This document shows positions 1 through 7,769 of a stretch of DNA of 37,671 bases, piece by piece. How positions within the stretch are numbered: position 1 is the first letter of the stretch; every line of letters starts with the position of its first letter. Under the pieces are notes generated by a model that saw only the letters and a program-made list of their open reading frames with translations, ran no database searches and was not told the DNA's origin. The position numbers and the translations under genes are program-made. Origin of the DNA: Patescibacteria group bacterium. GTDB lineage: Bacteria > Patescibacteriota > Minisyncoccia > Phycocordibacterales > SBAW01. The stretch is taken from contig JBBTSH010000041.1 of the NCBI GenBank assembly GCA_038064795.1, positions 1 to 37,671 of the forward strand, read 5' to 3'.

Positions 1-1283
1 TAGGGGTGCTTGGTAGGGGATCGGAACTCAATTCCCTGCAATCTCTTGCGCAAGAATTGGGGATCGAGGCGAATGTCGTATTCGAACCCTATCAGGATCC
101 CTTTCCTTTTTATAAGGCGGCAGACCTTTTGTTGCTTACATCGCAGTATGAGGGCTATGGCATGGTGATAGTTGAGGCCTTGCTTTCGGGGTGTCCGGTT
201 GTGTCGCTTGATGTTGGCATTGCAGGTGAGGCGGGCGCGCTCATAGCTCCTAGCGGAGAAGCAATGGCTGCAATGGCCCTTGAGGTATTGCGTACCGGTG
301 CGCGCGGCCGGCTTGCCTTTTCGTTGCCGTCTGAAACCGAATATCGAGACCTGTGGCATGCACAGATGGTCCCCCACGGGGAAGATACAATGGTCCGCCC
401 TCCGCTCCAAGATGAAAAAAGTGTGGCACGGGTCGGGTTTGTGGGGCAGGGGTGGATAGGAAAAAACTATGCCGACGAATTGGAACGTCGCGGCATCAAT
501 GTCGTACGCTACGCCCTTGAGGAGCCGTATCGTGCCAATAAAGATTTAATCAAAGATTGTGATGTCGTGTTTATCGCGGTACCCACTCCAACTACCCCGG
601 AAGGATTTGATGATAGTTTTGTGCGCAGTGCTCTTGCCGTGGTGGGCGAGGGAAAGGTGGCGGTCATTAAGTCTACTATTTTGCCCGGCACAACGGAAAA
701 ATTGCAATCGTTACATCCTGACAAGTTCATCATGCATTCGCCGGAGTTTTTGGCCGAAGCAACTGCTACCTATGATGCGGCGCATCCAACCCGCAACATT
801 GTAGGTATTCCCAGGGAATCACCAGAAATGCGCCGCAGAGCGGAAGAGGTGCTGCGTCTATTGCCGCCGGCCTCTTTCGAACTCGTGTGTAAATCCATTG
901 AGTCCGAACTCATTAAGTATGTCAATAACGTCATGCTCGCGATGAAAGTTGTCCAGGTCAACTTGATGTACGAGTTGGCCCAGTGCCTCAGAGCCGATTA
1001 TGAGGTGGTGCGTGACGCGATAGGTGCAGACCCGCGCATTGGACGCAGCCACTTGGATCCCGTGCATAAGAGCGGTCATAAAGAAGCAAAACCGGGCCGC
1101 GGCGCGGGCGGAGACTGCTTTATCAAAGATTTTGAGGCATTTCGCCGGCTGTATACACGGCTGGTGGGTGATCAAGAAGGCTCGGCGCTTCTTGATACAA
1201 CGATTCAAAAAAATATCCGCCTTCTGCTTGATAGTGGCAAGGACGTAGAGCTGCTCAAAAGCGTGTATGGCGATAAGCTATGA
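1..1283 (+). CDS. Glycosyltransferase (GT-B/GT4 C-terminal half; 5' end cut by window edge) fused in frame to a short UDP-glucose/GDP-mannose dehydrogenase-like module
   Basis: The reading frame is open to the window edge (codon GGG at nt 3-5, no upstream stop). aa 1-~110 carry the GT4 C-terminal signature (YKAADLLLLTSQYEGYGMVIVEALLSGCPVV). From about nt 426 there is a Rossmann start VGFVGQGWIG, then FIAVPTP, STILPGTT, SPEFLAE and the catalytic-Cys-type motif GAGGDCFIKD. No stop codon separates the two modules. Confidence 0.7.
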   Translation, partial: GVLGRGSELNSLQSLAQELGIEANVVFEPYQDPFPFYKAADLLLLTSQYEGYGMVIVEALLSGCPVVSLDVGIAGEAGALIAPSGEAMAAMALEVLRTGARGRLAFSLPSETEYRDLWHAQMVPHGEDTMVRPPLQDEKSVARVGFVGQGWIGKNYADELERRGINVVRYALEEPYRANKDLIKDCDVVFIAVPTPTTPEGFDDSFVRSALAVVGEGKVAVIKSTILPGTTEKLQSLHPDKFIMHSPEFLAEATATYDAAHPTRNIVGIPRESPEMRRRAEEVLRLLPPASFELVCKSIESELIKYVNNVMLAMKVVQVNLMYELAQCLRADYEVVRDAIGADPRIGRSHLDPVHKSGHKEAKPGRGAGGDCFIKDFEAFRRLYTRLVGDQEGSALLDTTIQKNIRLLLDSGKDVELLKSVYGDKL

Positions 1284-2119
1284 AGTTGCTCATCTGCACG
1301 CAGGTAGTTGATGTCCACGATTCCGACCTTGGGTTTTTTGTGCGTTGGATAGAGGAGTTTAAAAAGTACGTCGAGGTTGAAGTTATTTCTCTGAAAGACT
1401 TGGGCGGCGGTGGTACATTGTCGCGAGCTCTGCATCTTATTCGTTTGGCAAAAAAACTCGACTACGACGCTGTCTTTGTGCATATGAACCCAGAATATCT
1501 TGTCGCCGCCGGTTGGCTGTGGCGCATACGCGGTAAAAAAACATCGCTTTGGTATACGCACAAAAGTGTGAACCTCAAACTTCGTATTGCCACGTTTTTT
1601 GCGGATATCATTTTTACCGCCTCTACAGAAAGTTTTAGACTACCGAGCAAAAAAGTGAGAGTCATGGGTCATGGCATAGATACTGTCTTCTTTACTCCAG
1701 ATCCAAGCGTGCTTCGTGGAGATTGGCTGTTGTCTGTTGGGCGGCTCATGAAGAGCAAACGGCATGATTTGGCAATTCTCATGGCGGCAAAAGAGGGCAA
1801 GACGTTGCGTATAGCGGGCGAAGGGCCGGAGCAACAATACCTTGAAAACGTAGCGCGAACGGCAGGTGCGCGCGTAGAATTTTTAGGAGGTCTTTCGCAG
1901 ACACAGCTGCGCGATGAATATCGCAAAGCCTCTGTACTGCTTCATACGAGCGAGACAGGAAGTTTAGACAAGGTAGTACTGGAGGCGCTTGCCTGTGGTC
2001 TGCCCGTCCGCACCAATGATCCCGCACTCAAATTTCTTGAATCGGAAGGGCCGGAGTATGTGCGCGAACACCACTCGCTTCAAAAACTCATCCCTGCCAT
2101 ACTCAAAGCACTCGTATGA
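1280..2119 (+). CDS. Glycosyltransferase, GT4-like (short, 279 aa)
   Basis: GT-B C-terminal signature RIAGEGPE...VEFLGG...YRKASVLLHTSETGSLDKVVLEALACGLPV. ATGA start/stop overlap with the upstream gene. Confidence 0.75.
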   Translation: MKLLICTQVVDVHDSDLGFFVRWIEEFKKYVEVEVISLKDLGGGGTLSRALHLIRLAKKLDYDAVFVHMNPEYLVAAGWLWRIRGKKTSLWYTHKSVNLKLRIATFFADIIFTASTESFRLPSKKVRVMGHGIDTVFFTPDPSVLRGDWLLSVGRLMKSKRHDLAILMAAKEGKTLRIAGEGPEQQYLENVARTAGARVEFLGGLSQTQLRDEYRKASVLLHTSETGSLDKVVLEALACGLPVRTNDPALKFLESEGPEYVREHHSLQKLIPAILKALV

Positions 2120-2739
2120 CACCCCAAGTAGACCGTTCTCATTATAATTTTGGCACATACGGTTTTGAGGGCCGGTTTGTAAGCTACTTTTGGCAGCTCA
2201 ACGAGGTGCTCGCCCTTAATCCCGCGTCCGTGCTGGAGGTGGGTGTCGGGGACAAAGTCTTCGGTAATTTCATTAAAGACAATACAGGCGTTGCATATAC
2301 TTCTGTCGATAGTGCAGAAGATTTAAAACCGGACGTCGTTGGCACTATTCTCAAACTGCCGTTTGCGGATAAATCGTTTGACGTAGCCTGCGCGTTTGAA
2401 GTTCTTGAACATCTGCCGTTTGATGAGGTTGATAAGGCACTCTCCGAACTCGCGCGCGTTGCGCAACGCCACGTGGTCGTTTCTGTACCGCACTTTGGTC
2501 CCATGTTTTCTTTTTCGCTTAAAATTCCTCTTATCCCGCAGATACAACTGGGTATAAAAATACCGTTTCCTAAACGCCACACATACAACGGCCAGCATTA
2601 TTGGGAGCTCGGTAAGCGCGGTTACCCCACATCGCTGTTGCGAAAAAAACTTCGAACTCTCGGCCGTGTGGTAAGGGATTTTGTGCCCTTCAACAGCGCC
2701 TACCATCATTTTTTTGTAGTTGATGTATCTCATGACTGA
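2116..2739 (+). CDS. Class I SAM-dependent methyltransferase
   Basis: Motif I-like VLEVGVGDK and Methyltransf_11-type FDVACAFEVLEHLP...RVAQRHVVVSVP. ATGA overlap with the upstream gene. Confidence 0.7.
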   Translation: MTPQVDRSHYNFGTYGFEGRFVSYFWQLNEVLALNPASVLEVGVGDKVFGNFIKDNTGVAYTSVDSAEDLKPDVVGTILKLPFADKSFDVACAFEVLEHLPFDEVDKALSELARVAQRHVVVSVPHFGPMFSFSLKIPLIPQIQLGIKIPFPKRHTYNGQHYWELGKRGYPTSLLRKKLRTLGRVVRDFVPFNSAYHHFFVVDVSHD

Positions 2740-3814
2740 TCCCAGAAAACTCGTCTTCTTTGTTTCGCCCGCGTGGCGCCGTGCAGGGTTTCAGCATATT
2801 CCTCTTCTCTATCCCTTTTGGGGCAACGCTTTGGACAAAGAGCGGGTGCCTTTTCAGTATGCTTTGTTCGAGCGTTTTGGGTATGATCCGGCTCACTACA
2901 GTATTACCGACAGGGAGGAGGAGGCCGATCTCATACTGATGCCCTATGCGCATAATCTTGTATTGAGGTTTATGCCGGAGCTGCTGCAAGAATGTCAGGC
3001 AGCAGCGAAGCGTCTACACACATTGCTTCTTGTTGATGGGGTGGGGGATATTGAACATCCAACTCCACCAGACGCATTGGTACTGCGCTACGGGGGGTAT
3101 CGTTTTTCACATACCCCAAACGAAATTATTGTCCCGCCCTACGCTGACGATCTTCTCGAGTTATATTGCGGCGGTCAGCTCCGTTTGCGGCAATGGAGGG
3201 ATGTTCCCGTTGTAGGATTTAGCGGTTGGGCGTCGCTCACTCCCCTGCAGGAGATGAAGGCACTGCTTAAAGAACTACCAGACCGGCTACGCGGTATTTT
3301 TATGAGCCGCTATCGAGCAAAACAGAAGGGCGTATTTTTCCGTCGTAAAGCGCTCAGTATACTCAGACGTTCGTCGAAACTTATGCTACACACGATGGTT
3401 CGCCATTCTTACTCCGGGCATAGAGACACCATGTCGAGTTCGGCAGATACATTGCGTCGGGAGTTTGTCGACAACTTGCTTGAGAGTGATTATGGACTTG
3501 ATATTCGTGGCGATGCCAATGCGTCAATGCGATTGTTTGAAATACTTTCTCTGGGCCGCATTCCCGTGGTAATCGATACCGAGCGCAATTTTCCTTTGCA
3601 AGAGAAGCTGGACTACAACTCTTTTGCGCTGATTGTCGACTTTCGTGAGTTGGGGAAGTTAGGAGAGCGTATCGCGGCATTTCATCGCTCGCTCACCCCC
3701 GAGCAATTTCAATCGATGCAGCGGCGTGCGCGTGATGCCTTTTGCAATTATTTGCGTACAGACGCTCTTACCCCGTTCTTAATGGAGGAAGTACGGAAGA
3801 GAGCCGGCTTGTAG
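2732..3814 (+). CDS. Exostosin (GT47)-like glycosyltransferase
   Basis: The C-terminal region LDIRGDANASMRLFEILSLGRIPVVIDTERNFPLQEKLDYNSFALIVDFRELGKL matches the exostosin-domain pattern (R..E.l..G.IPV.i.d...lPf...ldy..Fsv.v.e). The start is ambiguous: TTG 2720, ATG 2723 or ATG 2732. ATG 2732 gives an 8-nt overlap with the upstream stop. Confidence 0.5.
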   Translation: MTDPRKLVFFVSPAWRRAGFQHIPLLYPFWGNALDKERVPFQYALFERFGYDPAHYSITDREEEADLILMPYAHNLVLRFMPELLQECQAAAKRLHTLLLVDGVGDIEHPTPPDALVLRYGGYRFSHTPNEIIVPPYADDLLELYCGGQLRLRQWRDVPVVGFSGWASLTPLQEMKALLKELPDRLRGIFMSRYRAKQKGVFFRRKALSILRRSSKLMLHTMVRHSYSGHRDTMSSSADTLRREFVDNLLESDYGLDIRGDANASMRLFEILSLGRIPVVIDTERNFPLQEKLDYNSFALIVDFRELGKLGERIAAFHRSLTPEQFQSMQRRARDAFCNYLRTDALTPFLMEEVRKRAGL

Positions 3815-3850
3815 GGGAGCGGGCGCTTTGTTAGGATACCCATTACTTCT

Positions 3851-6226
3851 ATGCCCAAAGCGTATTTTGTTTTAATGATACATAACGAGGAGGATGCCAT
3901 TCCCTCGGTGCTCGCGAGCATCATGAGTGCAGAGCTGCCTGCGCGCTATGAGCGCCGGATTCTCGCCGTTAACGACGGCAGTGCCGATGAAAGCCAAGCC
4001 CTGCTCGAACGAGCGGCACAGTCCTTGCCACTGCAGATTATTTTCTACCCCACGCGCCAGGGCATGCCGGCGTCGTTTCGCGGGGCGTTCAAGCACCTTG
4101 AGCCCCACCTTACTGATGAGGATATCGTCTTTACTATGGAGGCGGATGCAACCAACGACATCGCCTGTGTGGCGCCGATGGTGCATGAAATAGAGCAAGG
4201 TGCCGATGTAGTCATCGCTTCCCGTTATGCGCCGGGCGCAATGTCGATAGGATTTCCTTGGTATCGGTTGTGGGGGAGCACCATAATCAACACGTTTCTG
4301 CGATTACTTTGGAATGTCCCGAACGTTACCGATTGCTCGGTTCTGTATAGAGTATATCGGGGGTCCGTCTTGCGGACCTATATCGCCGCCGATCTGCCCT
4401 TCGCCGCAAAAAAATCGTTCGCGGTTATTTCGGAAATCCTTCTTCAGATATCACGCTTTACTTCGAAATTTGCAGAAGTGCCTCTGCGCTACGACTATAC
4501 TTTGAAGAGAGGTCCTTCAAAGATGAAACTTTTTCAGACACTTTGGGAATATACGCGCATTACGCCGAGGACTCCTTTGCGCCGGCAGCCAATTTTTTGG
4601 ATTGCGGTCGGGGCATTTTTTTTGCGGTTGTGGGGGATTACCTACGGATTCCCAGACCTCGTGGTGCTCGATGAGCCCGCACTTACCCGCGGGGCGCTCA
4701 CCATGTTGAAACTCCCCACGCTTATTCCCGCTTTTCATCCAGCCGATTTCGCCACGATGTATTATCCGCCGTTCACGGCGTACCTATACCTCGTTGTTCT
4801 CGCCCCCGTCATGGGCCTTGGGTATCTGTTTTCGCATGCGCCAACAATCGGGCAGTATGCCACAGAGCTCATTCTTGACCCAACGCCCGCGTGGATAGCG
4901 ACACGCGCTGTTTCCGCTTTTATCGGCGCACTCACGGTGTATTTTTTAGGCAGACTCGCGGAGAGGATATATCCCGGGAGCGGTATCTTCGCGGCCGTAT
5001 TCTTGGCGACGAGCTTTTTGCATGTTGTCTTCTCCCACATAGCACGACATTGGACGCCCTCATTCCTTTGCATCGTCGGCTTGTTGTGGGCCGCCTACCA
5101 TATTTCCCATTCGGGCCAGAAGCGCTGGTATGTGCTCGCGGGCGGCTTTGGGGGGTTAGCCGTGGGTACCGGGGTTATCACGGGTGTCCTTATGCTTGCG
5201 CCCACCCTTGCTCACTTTTTGCGCGAAGGAAGATTCGTACAAAAACTTCAAAGCGGAGCTTTCTGGACTATGATCGGCATCACCGCTGCGTTAACCGCGC
5301 TAACGTTCGCGCTTCATCCGCTGATATTACAAAATTTGCTTGCAGGGCATGAAAACCAGGGGATTACGCTTGGGGCGGAGAAATCACTCTATGGTCTTAT
5401 GGAATTGGCGGTTTTCGAGACGCGGGATTTTGCGCAATCCGAAACAGTTATATTTATATTTGGATTAATAGGGTTGCCGTTTACGCTTCGCCGAGACCGT
5501 ACCTACGGAGCGGTTTTGGCTCTCACATCGCTCCTCACCGTACTGGCACTCTATCTTTTCCATTATTATCTTTTTCACTATGTGTCACTTATTCTGCCTG
5601 CATTCGTACTTTTTGCAGGGGCAGGGGTGTATGAAATAGTGCAGATGGCGCGCACACGGTCTGCAAAACTGGCACTCGCAGTACTTATTTTTGCTCTCCC
5701 CGTGCTTATTGCGTTTCGCTTCAGCTATCTTTGGACGTTGCCGGACACGCGGCACGAGGCACGGGCATACATAGAACAGAATATACCCCGCGAGGCGCGT
5801 ATCATTTCCTACACACCGAACATGAAAATAGTTACGCCAACCAAGGCGGCGCTTCGCGACCGGATTGCATTCGATCCCAGCTCATCGCGGCTGCTCGATC
5901 GTACGTTGCTTTCGCTCGCCACGTCGAGCTACCCCACGCCAGCATACCCGGTTTTTGAATTAGGGACCCTCTCTCTGGAAGGAGAAAAAAAATTAACACC
6001 CCAGTTTCTAAATTCTCAAAATTTTGTGTACGCGGTTGTTGATCGTTTCGCCACTCCATATCCGGCTCTTGAAGCATTGCTACAGAAGGGAAAAATCGTA
6101 GCGCGGTTTCCTATAAAAGGTTCAGCTACCGACATTCTTGATAACGAGTTCGGGGGACCCGCTCTTTCCGTGTTTGTGATGCGGCAGATGGGTCCGGAAA
6201 TCTGGATAGTACAATTGGGGCAATGA
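3851..6226 (+). CDS. Fusion protein: polyprenol-phosphate glycosyltransferase (GT2, DPM1/GtrB/ArnC-like) + multi-pass GT-C (PMT_2/ArnT-like) glycosyltransferase
   Basis: The N-terminal ~235 aa contain LMIHNEEDAIP, AVNDGSADES, TMEADATND and VVIASRY, which are GT2 polyprenyl-P-sugar synthase motifs. From about nt 4585 there are at least 10 hydrophobic segments. The first loop carries the GT-C acidic motif (WGITYGFPDLVVLDEPAL). Confidence 0.75.
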   Translation: MPKAYFVLMIHNEEDAIPSVLASIMSAELPARYERRILAVNDGSADESQALLERAAQSLPLQIIFYPTRQGMPASFRGAFKHLEPHLTDEDIVFTMEADATNDIACVAPMVHEIEQGADVVIASRYAPGAMSIGFPWYRLWGSTIINTFLRLLWNVPNVTDCSVLYRVYRGSVLRTYIAADLPFAAKKSFAVISEILLQISRFTSKFAEVPLRYDYTLKRGPSKMKLFQTLWEYTRITPRTPLRRQPIFWIAVGAFFLRLWGITYGFPDLVVLDEPALTRGALTMLKLPTLIPAFHPADFATMYYPPFTAYLYLVVLAPVMGLGYLFSHAPTIGQYATELILDPTPAWIATRAVSAFIGALTVYFLGRLAERIYPGSGIFAAVFLATSFLHVVFSHIARHWTPSFLCIVGLLWAAYHISHSGQKRWYVLAGGFGGLAVGTGVITGVLMLAPTLAHFLREGRFVQKLQSGAFWTMIGITAALTALTFALHPLILQNLLAGHENQGITLGAEKSLYGLMELAVFETRDFAQSETVIFIFGLIGLPFTLRRDRTYGAVLALTSLLTVLALYLFHYYLFHYVSLILPAFVLFAGAGVYEIVQMARTRSAKLALAVLIFALPVLIAFRFSYLWTLPDTRHEARAYIEQNIPREARIISYTPNMKIVTPTKAALRDRIAFDPSSSRLLDRTLLSLATSSYPTPAYPVFELGTLSLEGEKKLTPQFLNSQNFVYAVVDRFATPYPALEALLQKGKIVARFPIKGSATDILDNEFGGPALSVFVMRQMGPEIWIVQLGQ

Positions 6227-7053
6227 AGATTCTTCTTTTTGGAGGTTCGGGGATGGTAGGCAGCGAACTTACCTGTGCGCTTTCCTCGCATGAGGTCGTG
6301 GCGCCTCCGCATACCCATGTTGATATTTCCGATGCTACTGCAGTTGAACAGATAATCGCGAAAGAAAATCCTAATTTTATTATCAATGCGGCAGCGATTA
6401 TCAACATGAGCGCTATTGAGCAAGACCCAGCCTCTGCAATGCGGGTAAACGTTATGGGGGCGGCCGCAATAGCCCATGCCGCTGCCAAGGCCGCCACCCC
6501 TCAACTTTTGGTGAGTAGCAGCTACGTTTTTGGAGAGGCCGCCCAACCGTATGATGAGGATGCCGTAAAAAATCCCATTAATGCCTATGGAGAGACAAAA
6601 GCGGCAGCAGAAGATGCCGTTGCTGCCTGCAAGAGTAATGCTGCTCACTACATCGTGCGCACTTCATGGATCTACTCGACCTATCGCGACACGTTTGTGG
6701 ATGAGGTCGCAAAAACCTTACGTGAAGGTAAACCATTTGTTGCGTCACTACAGCGCGGCAATCCCACACAAGGTCGGGAGTTTGCAGTGACGATTATTAC
6801 AAATTTTATAGATTCCTCTTTGCCAAAGAGCGGTGTGTACCATGTCGTCAACGAAGGCTCCGCCTCACGCTACGAAATGGCGCGCGAAATCGCACGCACT
6901 TTGCACTTGCCCGAAACTCTCGTGACGTCGGATGACTTTCCCTCAAACGCAATACGTCCAAGCGTTGTACTCAAAAATACGAAACTCCCGCCGCTTCCGC
7001 CGTGGGAGGTGGCGCTTCGCCGGTACCTTGCGGTGCGTTACGCGCAAAAATAA
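6223..7053 (+). CDS. RmlD-family NDP-4-keto-6-deoxyhexose reductase (dTDP-4-dehydrorhamnose reductase-like)
   Basis: MKILLFGGSGMVGSEL (Rossmann), catalytic YGETKAAAE (YxxxK), and YIVRTSWIYS, which is typical of the RmlD substrate-binding domain. ATGA overlap with the upstream gene. Confidence 0.7.
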   Translation: MKILLFGGSGMVGSELTCALSSHEVVAPPHTHVDISDATAVEQIIAKENPNFIINAAAIINMSAIEQDPASAMRVNVMGAAAIAHAAAKAATPQLLVSSSYVFGEAAQPYDEDAVKNPINAYGETKAAAEDAVAACKSNAAHYIVRTSWIYSTYRDTFVDEVAKTLREGKPFVASLQRGNPTQGREFAVTIITNFIDSSLPKSGVYHVVNEGSASRYEMAREIARTLHLPETLVTSDDFPSNAIRPSVVLKNTKLPPLPPWEVALRRYLAVRYAQK

Positions 7054-7070
7054 AGGCCCAACGCGGGCCT
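7054..7070. terminator. Small hairpin between convergent genes (weak bidirectional terminator candidate)
   Basis: AGGCCC-AACGC-GGGCCT (6-bp stem) fills part of the 38-nt gap between the stops at 7053 (+) and 7092 (-). No flanking U-tract. Confidence 0.3.
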
Positions 7071-7091
7071 AGGAGGGGACATGAGGGGATA

Positions 7092-7646
7092 TCAAGCGCA
7101 ACCATTGAGCGTAAAGCCCTTCTTGCGTTTTTGTTGGACTGTAGTGAAGAACTTTTCAAGCGACCGTTCAAACCCGGTTGCAGCCCCGGCCCGAAGCACA
7201 ATGCCGAGGAGTCCGTACAAGAGCCGGGTACGCCACCCACCGGTGCTCGCGACTGATACGAAGGAAATTTTTACGTTATTTTCTGCCGCACGCCTGCGCC
7301 AGATTGGTTTTCCTGCAAACAGATACCAGCCGGACGAGACCACGACAATCTCGCGTGCTTCCAGATGCGGGACGGTTTGGCATGCCGCGCGAGCTTCGGA
7401 AAACGTTCCGACGCCGCCATACAAGAGGCATAGCGATTCCTCAGGGACGCCGTTTTTAATGAACCAATCGCGCATGAGCGTGCCGAGCGTTGGTCCTTCC
7501 GCCGCGTAGGGTACGTCTCCGGATAACAGAATGACGTCGCCTGGTTTCCTAACGGTCAGAGTTGTGTGCATGCGAGAAATCGTCGTCCCGCACAGTTCGG
7601 TGGGAGCACTGAAGTGGCAGGGAATCGAAATGATAACTTTAGGCAT
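7092..7646 (-). CDS. DUF218 (YdcF/ElyC-like) domain protein
   Basis: GDVILLSGD...TLMRDWFIKNGVPEESL...GTFSEARAA...EIVVVSSGWYLF resembles the DUF218 pattern. I chose the internal ATG at 7646 (MPKVIIS...), which is preceded by AAGGAAAA, rather than the track start at 7706. Confidence 0.45.
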   Translation of the reverse strand: MPKVIISIPCHFSAPTELCGTTISRMHTTLTVRKPGDVILLSGDVPYAAEGPTLGTLMRDWFIKNGVPEESLCLLYGGVGTFSEARAACQTVPHLEAREIVVVSSGWYLFAGKPIWRRRAAENNVKISFVSVASTGGWRTRLLYGLLGIVLRAGAATGFERSLEKFFTTVQQKRKKGFTLNGCA

Positions 7647-7720
7647 GCAGGTTTTCCTTTTTTGTGGGGATCGTCCTGGAGTGAGTTGTACACTTAAGAA
7701 TGACATCTGGCAACCTGCAT

Positions 7721-7749
7721 TAGACAGGGCACAAGCGCTTCGGTATAGT
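7721..7749 (+). promoter_or_regulatory. Sigma70-like promoter candidate upstream of the gmd fusion gene
   Basis: TAGACA (7721-7726), 17-nt spacer, TATAGT (7744-7749), lying 20 nt upstream of the ATG at 7770 in the divergent intergenic region. Confidence 0.35.
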
Positions 7750-7769
7750 ACCTGGGCATTTTTGCGGCC

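Noticed and set aside
5552-5581. 15-nt imperfect tandem duplication (TATCTTTTCCATTAT / TATCTTTTTCACTAT) encoding YLFHY-YLFHY inside the GT-C domain
   Set aside because: It is in frame within a transmembrane segment, and the two copies differ only by synonymous changes. It is most likely a small neutral duplication rather than a regulatory or slippage element.
6016-6648. 210-aa minus-strand ORF spanning the junction of the GT-C fusion gene and the RmlD-family gene
   Set aside because: It lies entirely antisense to two well-supported plus-strand genes and has a Cys/Arg/Gly-rich, low-complexity composition with no recognisable motif. It is a typical shadow ORF.
7081-7509. 142-aa plus-strand ORF, and the 7002-7256 and 7178-7459 ORFs, in the region between the RmlD-family and Gmd genes
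   Set aside because: The minus-strand frame (7092-7646) carries a coherent DUF218-like domain. The plus-strand frames are Arg/Pro/Ser-rich with no motifs.
7647-7706. N-terminal extensions in the ORF track (7647-7706, 17884-17922, 21446-21490, 19846-19881, 34081-34101, 29889-29906)
   Set aside because: In each case an internal ATG lies just past the upstream gene's stop, or has better context (SD-like purine run, family-typical N-terminus such as MKILVTG or MYTLKNKVILITGG). The extensions add non-conserved residues. The starts remain predictions.
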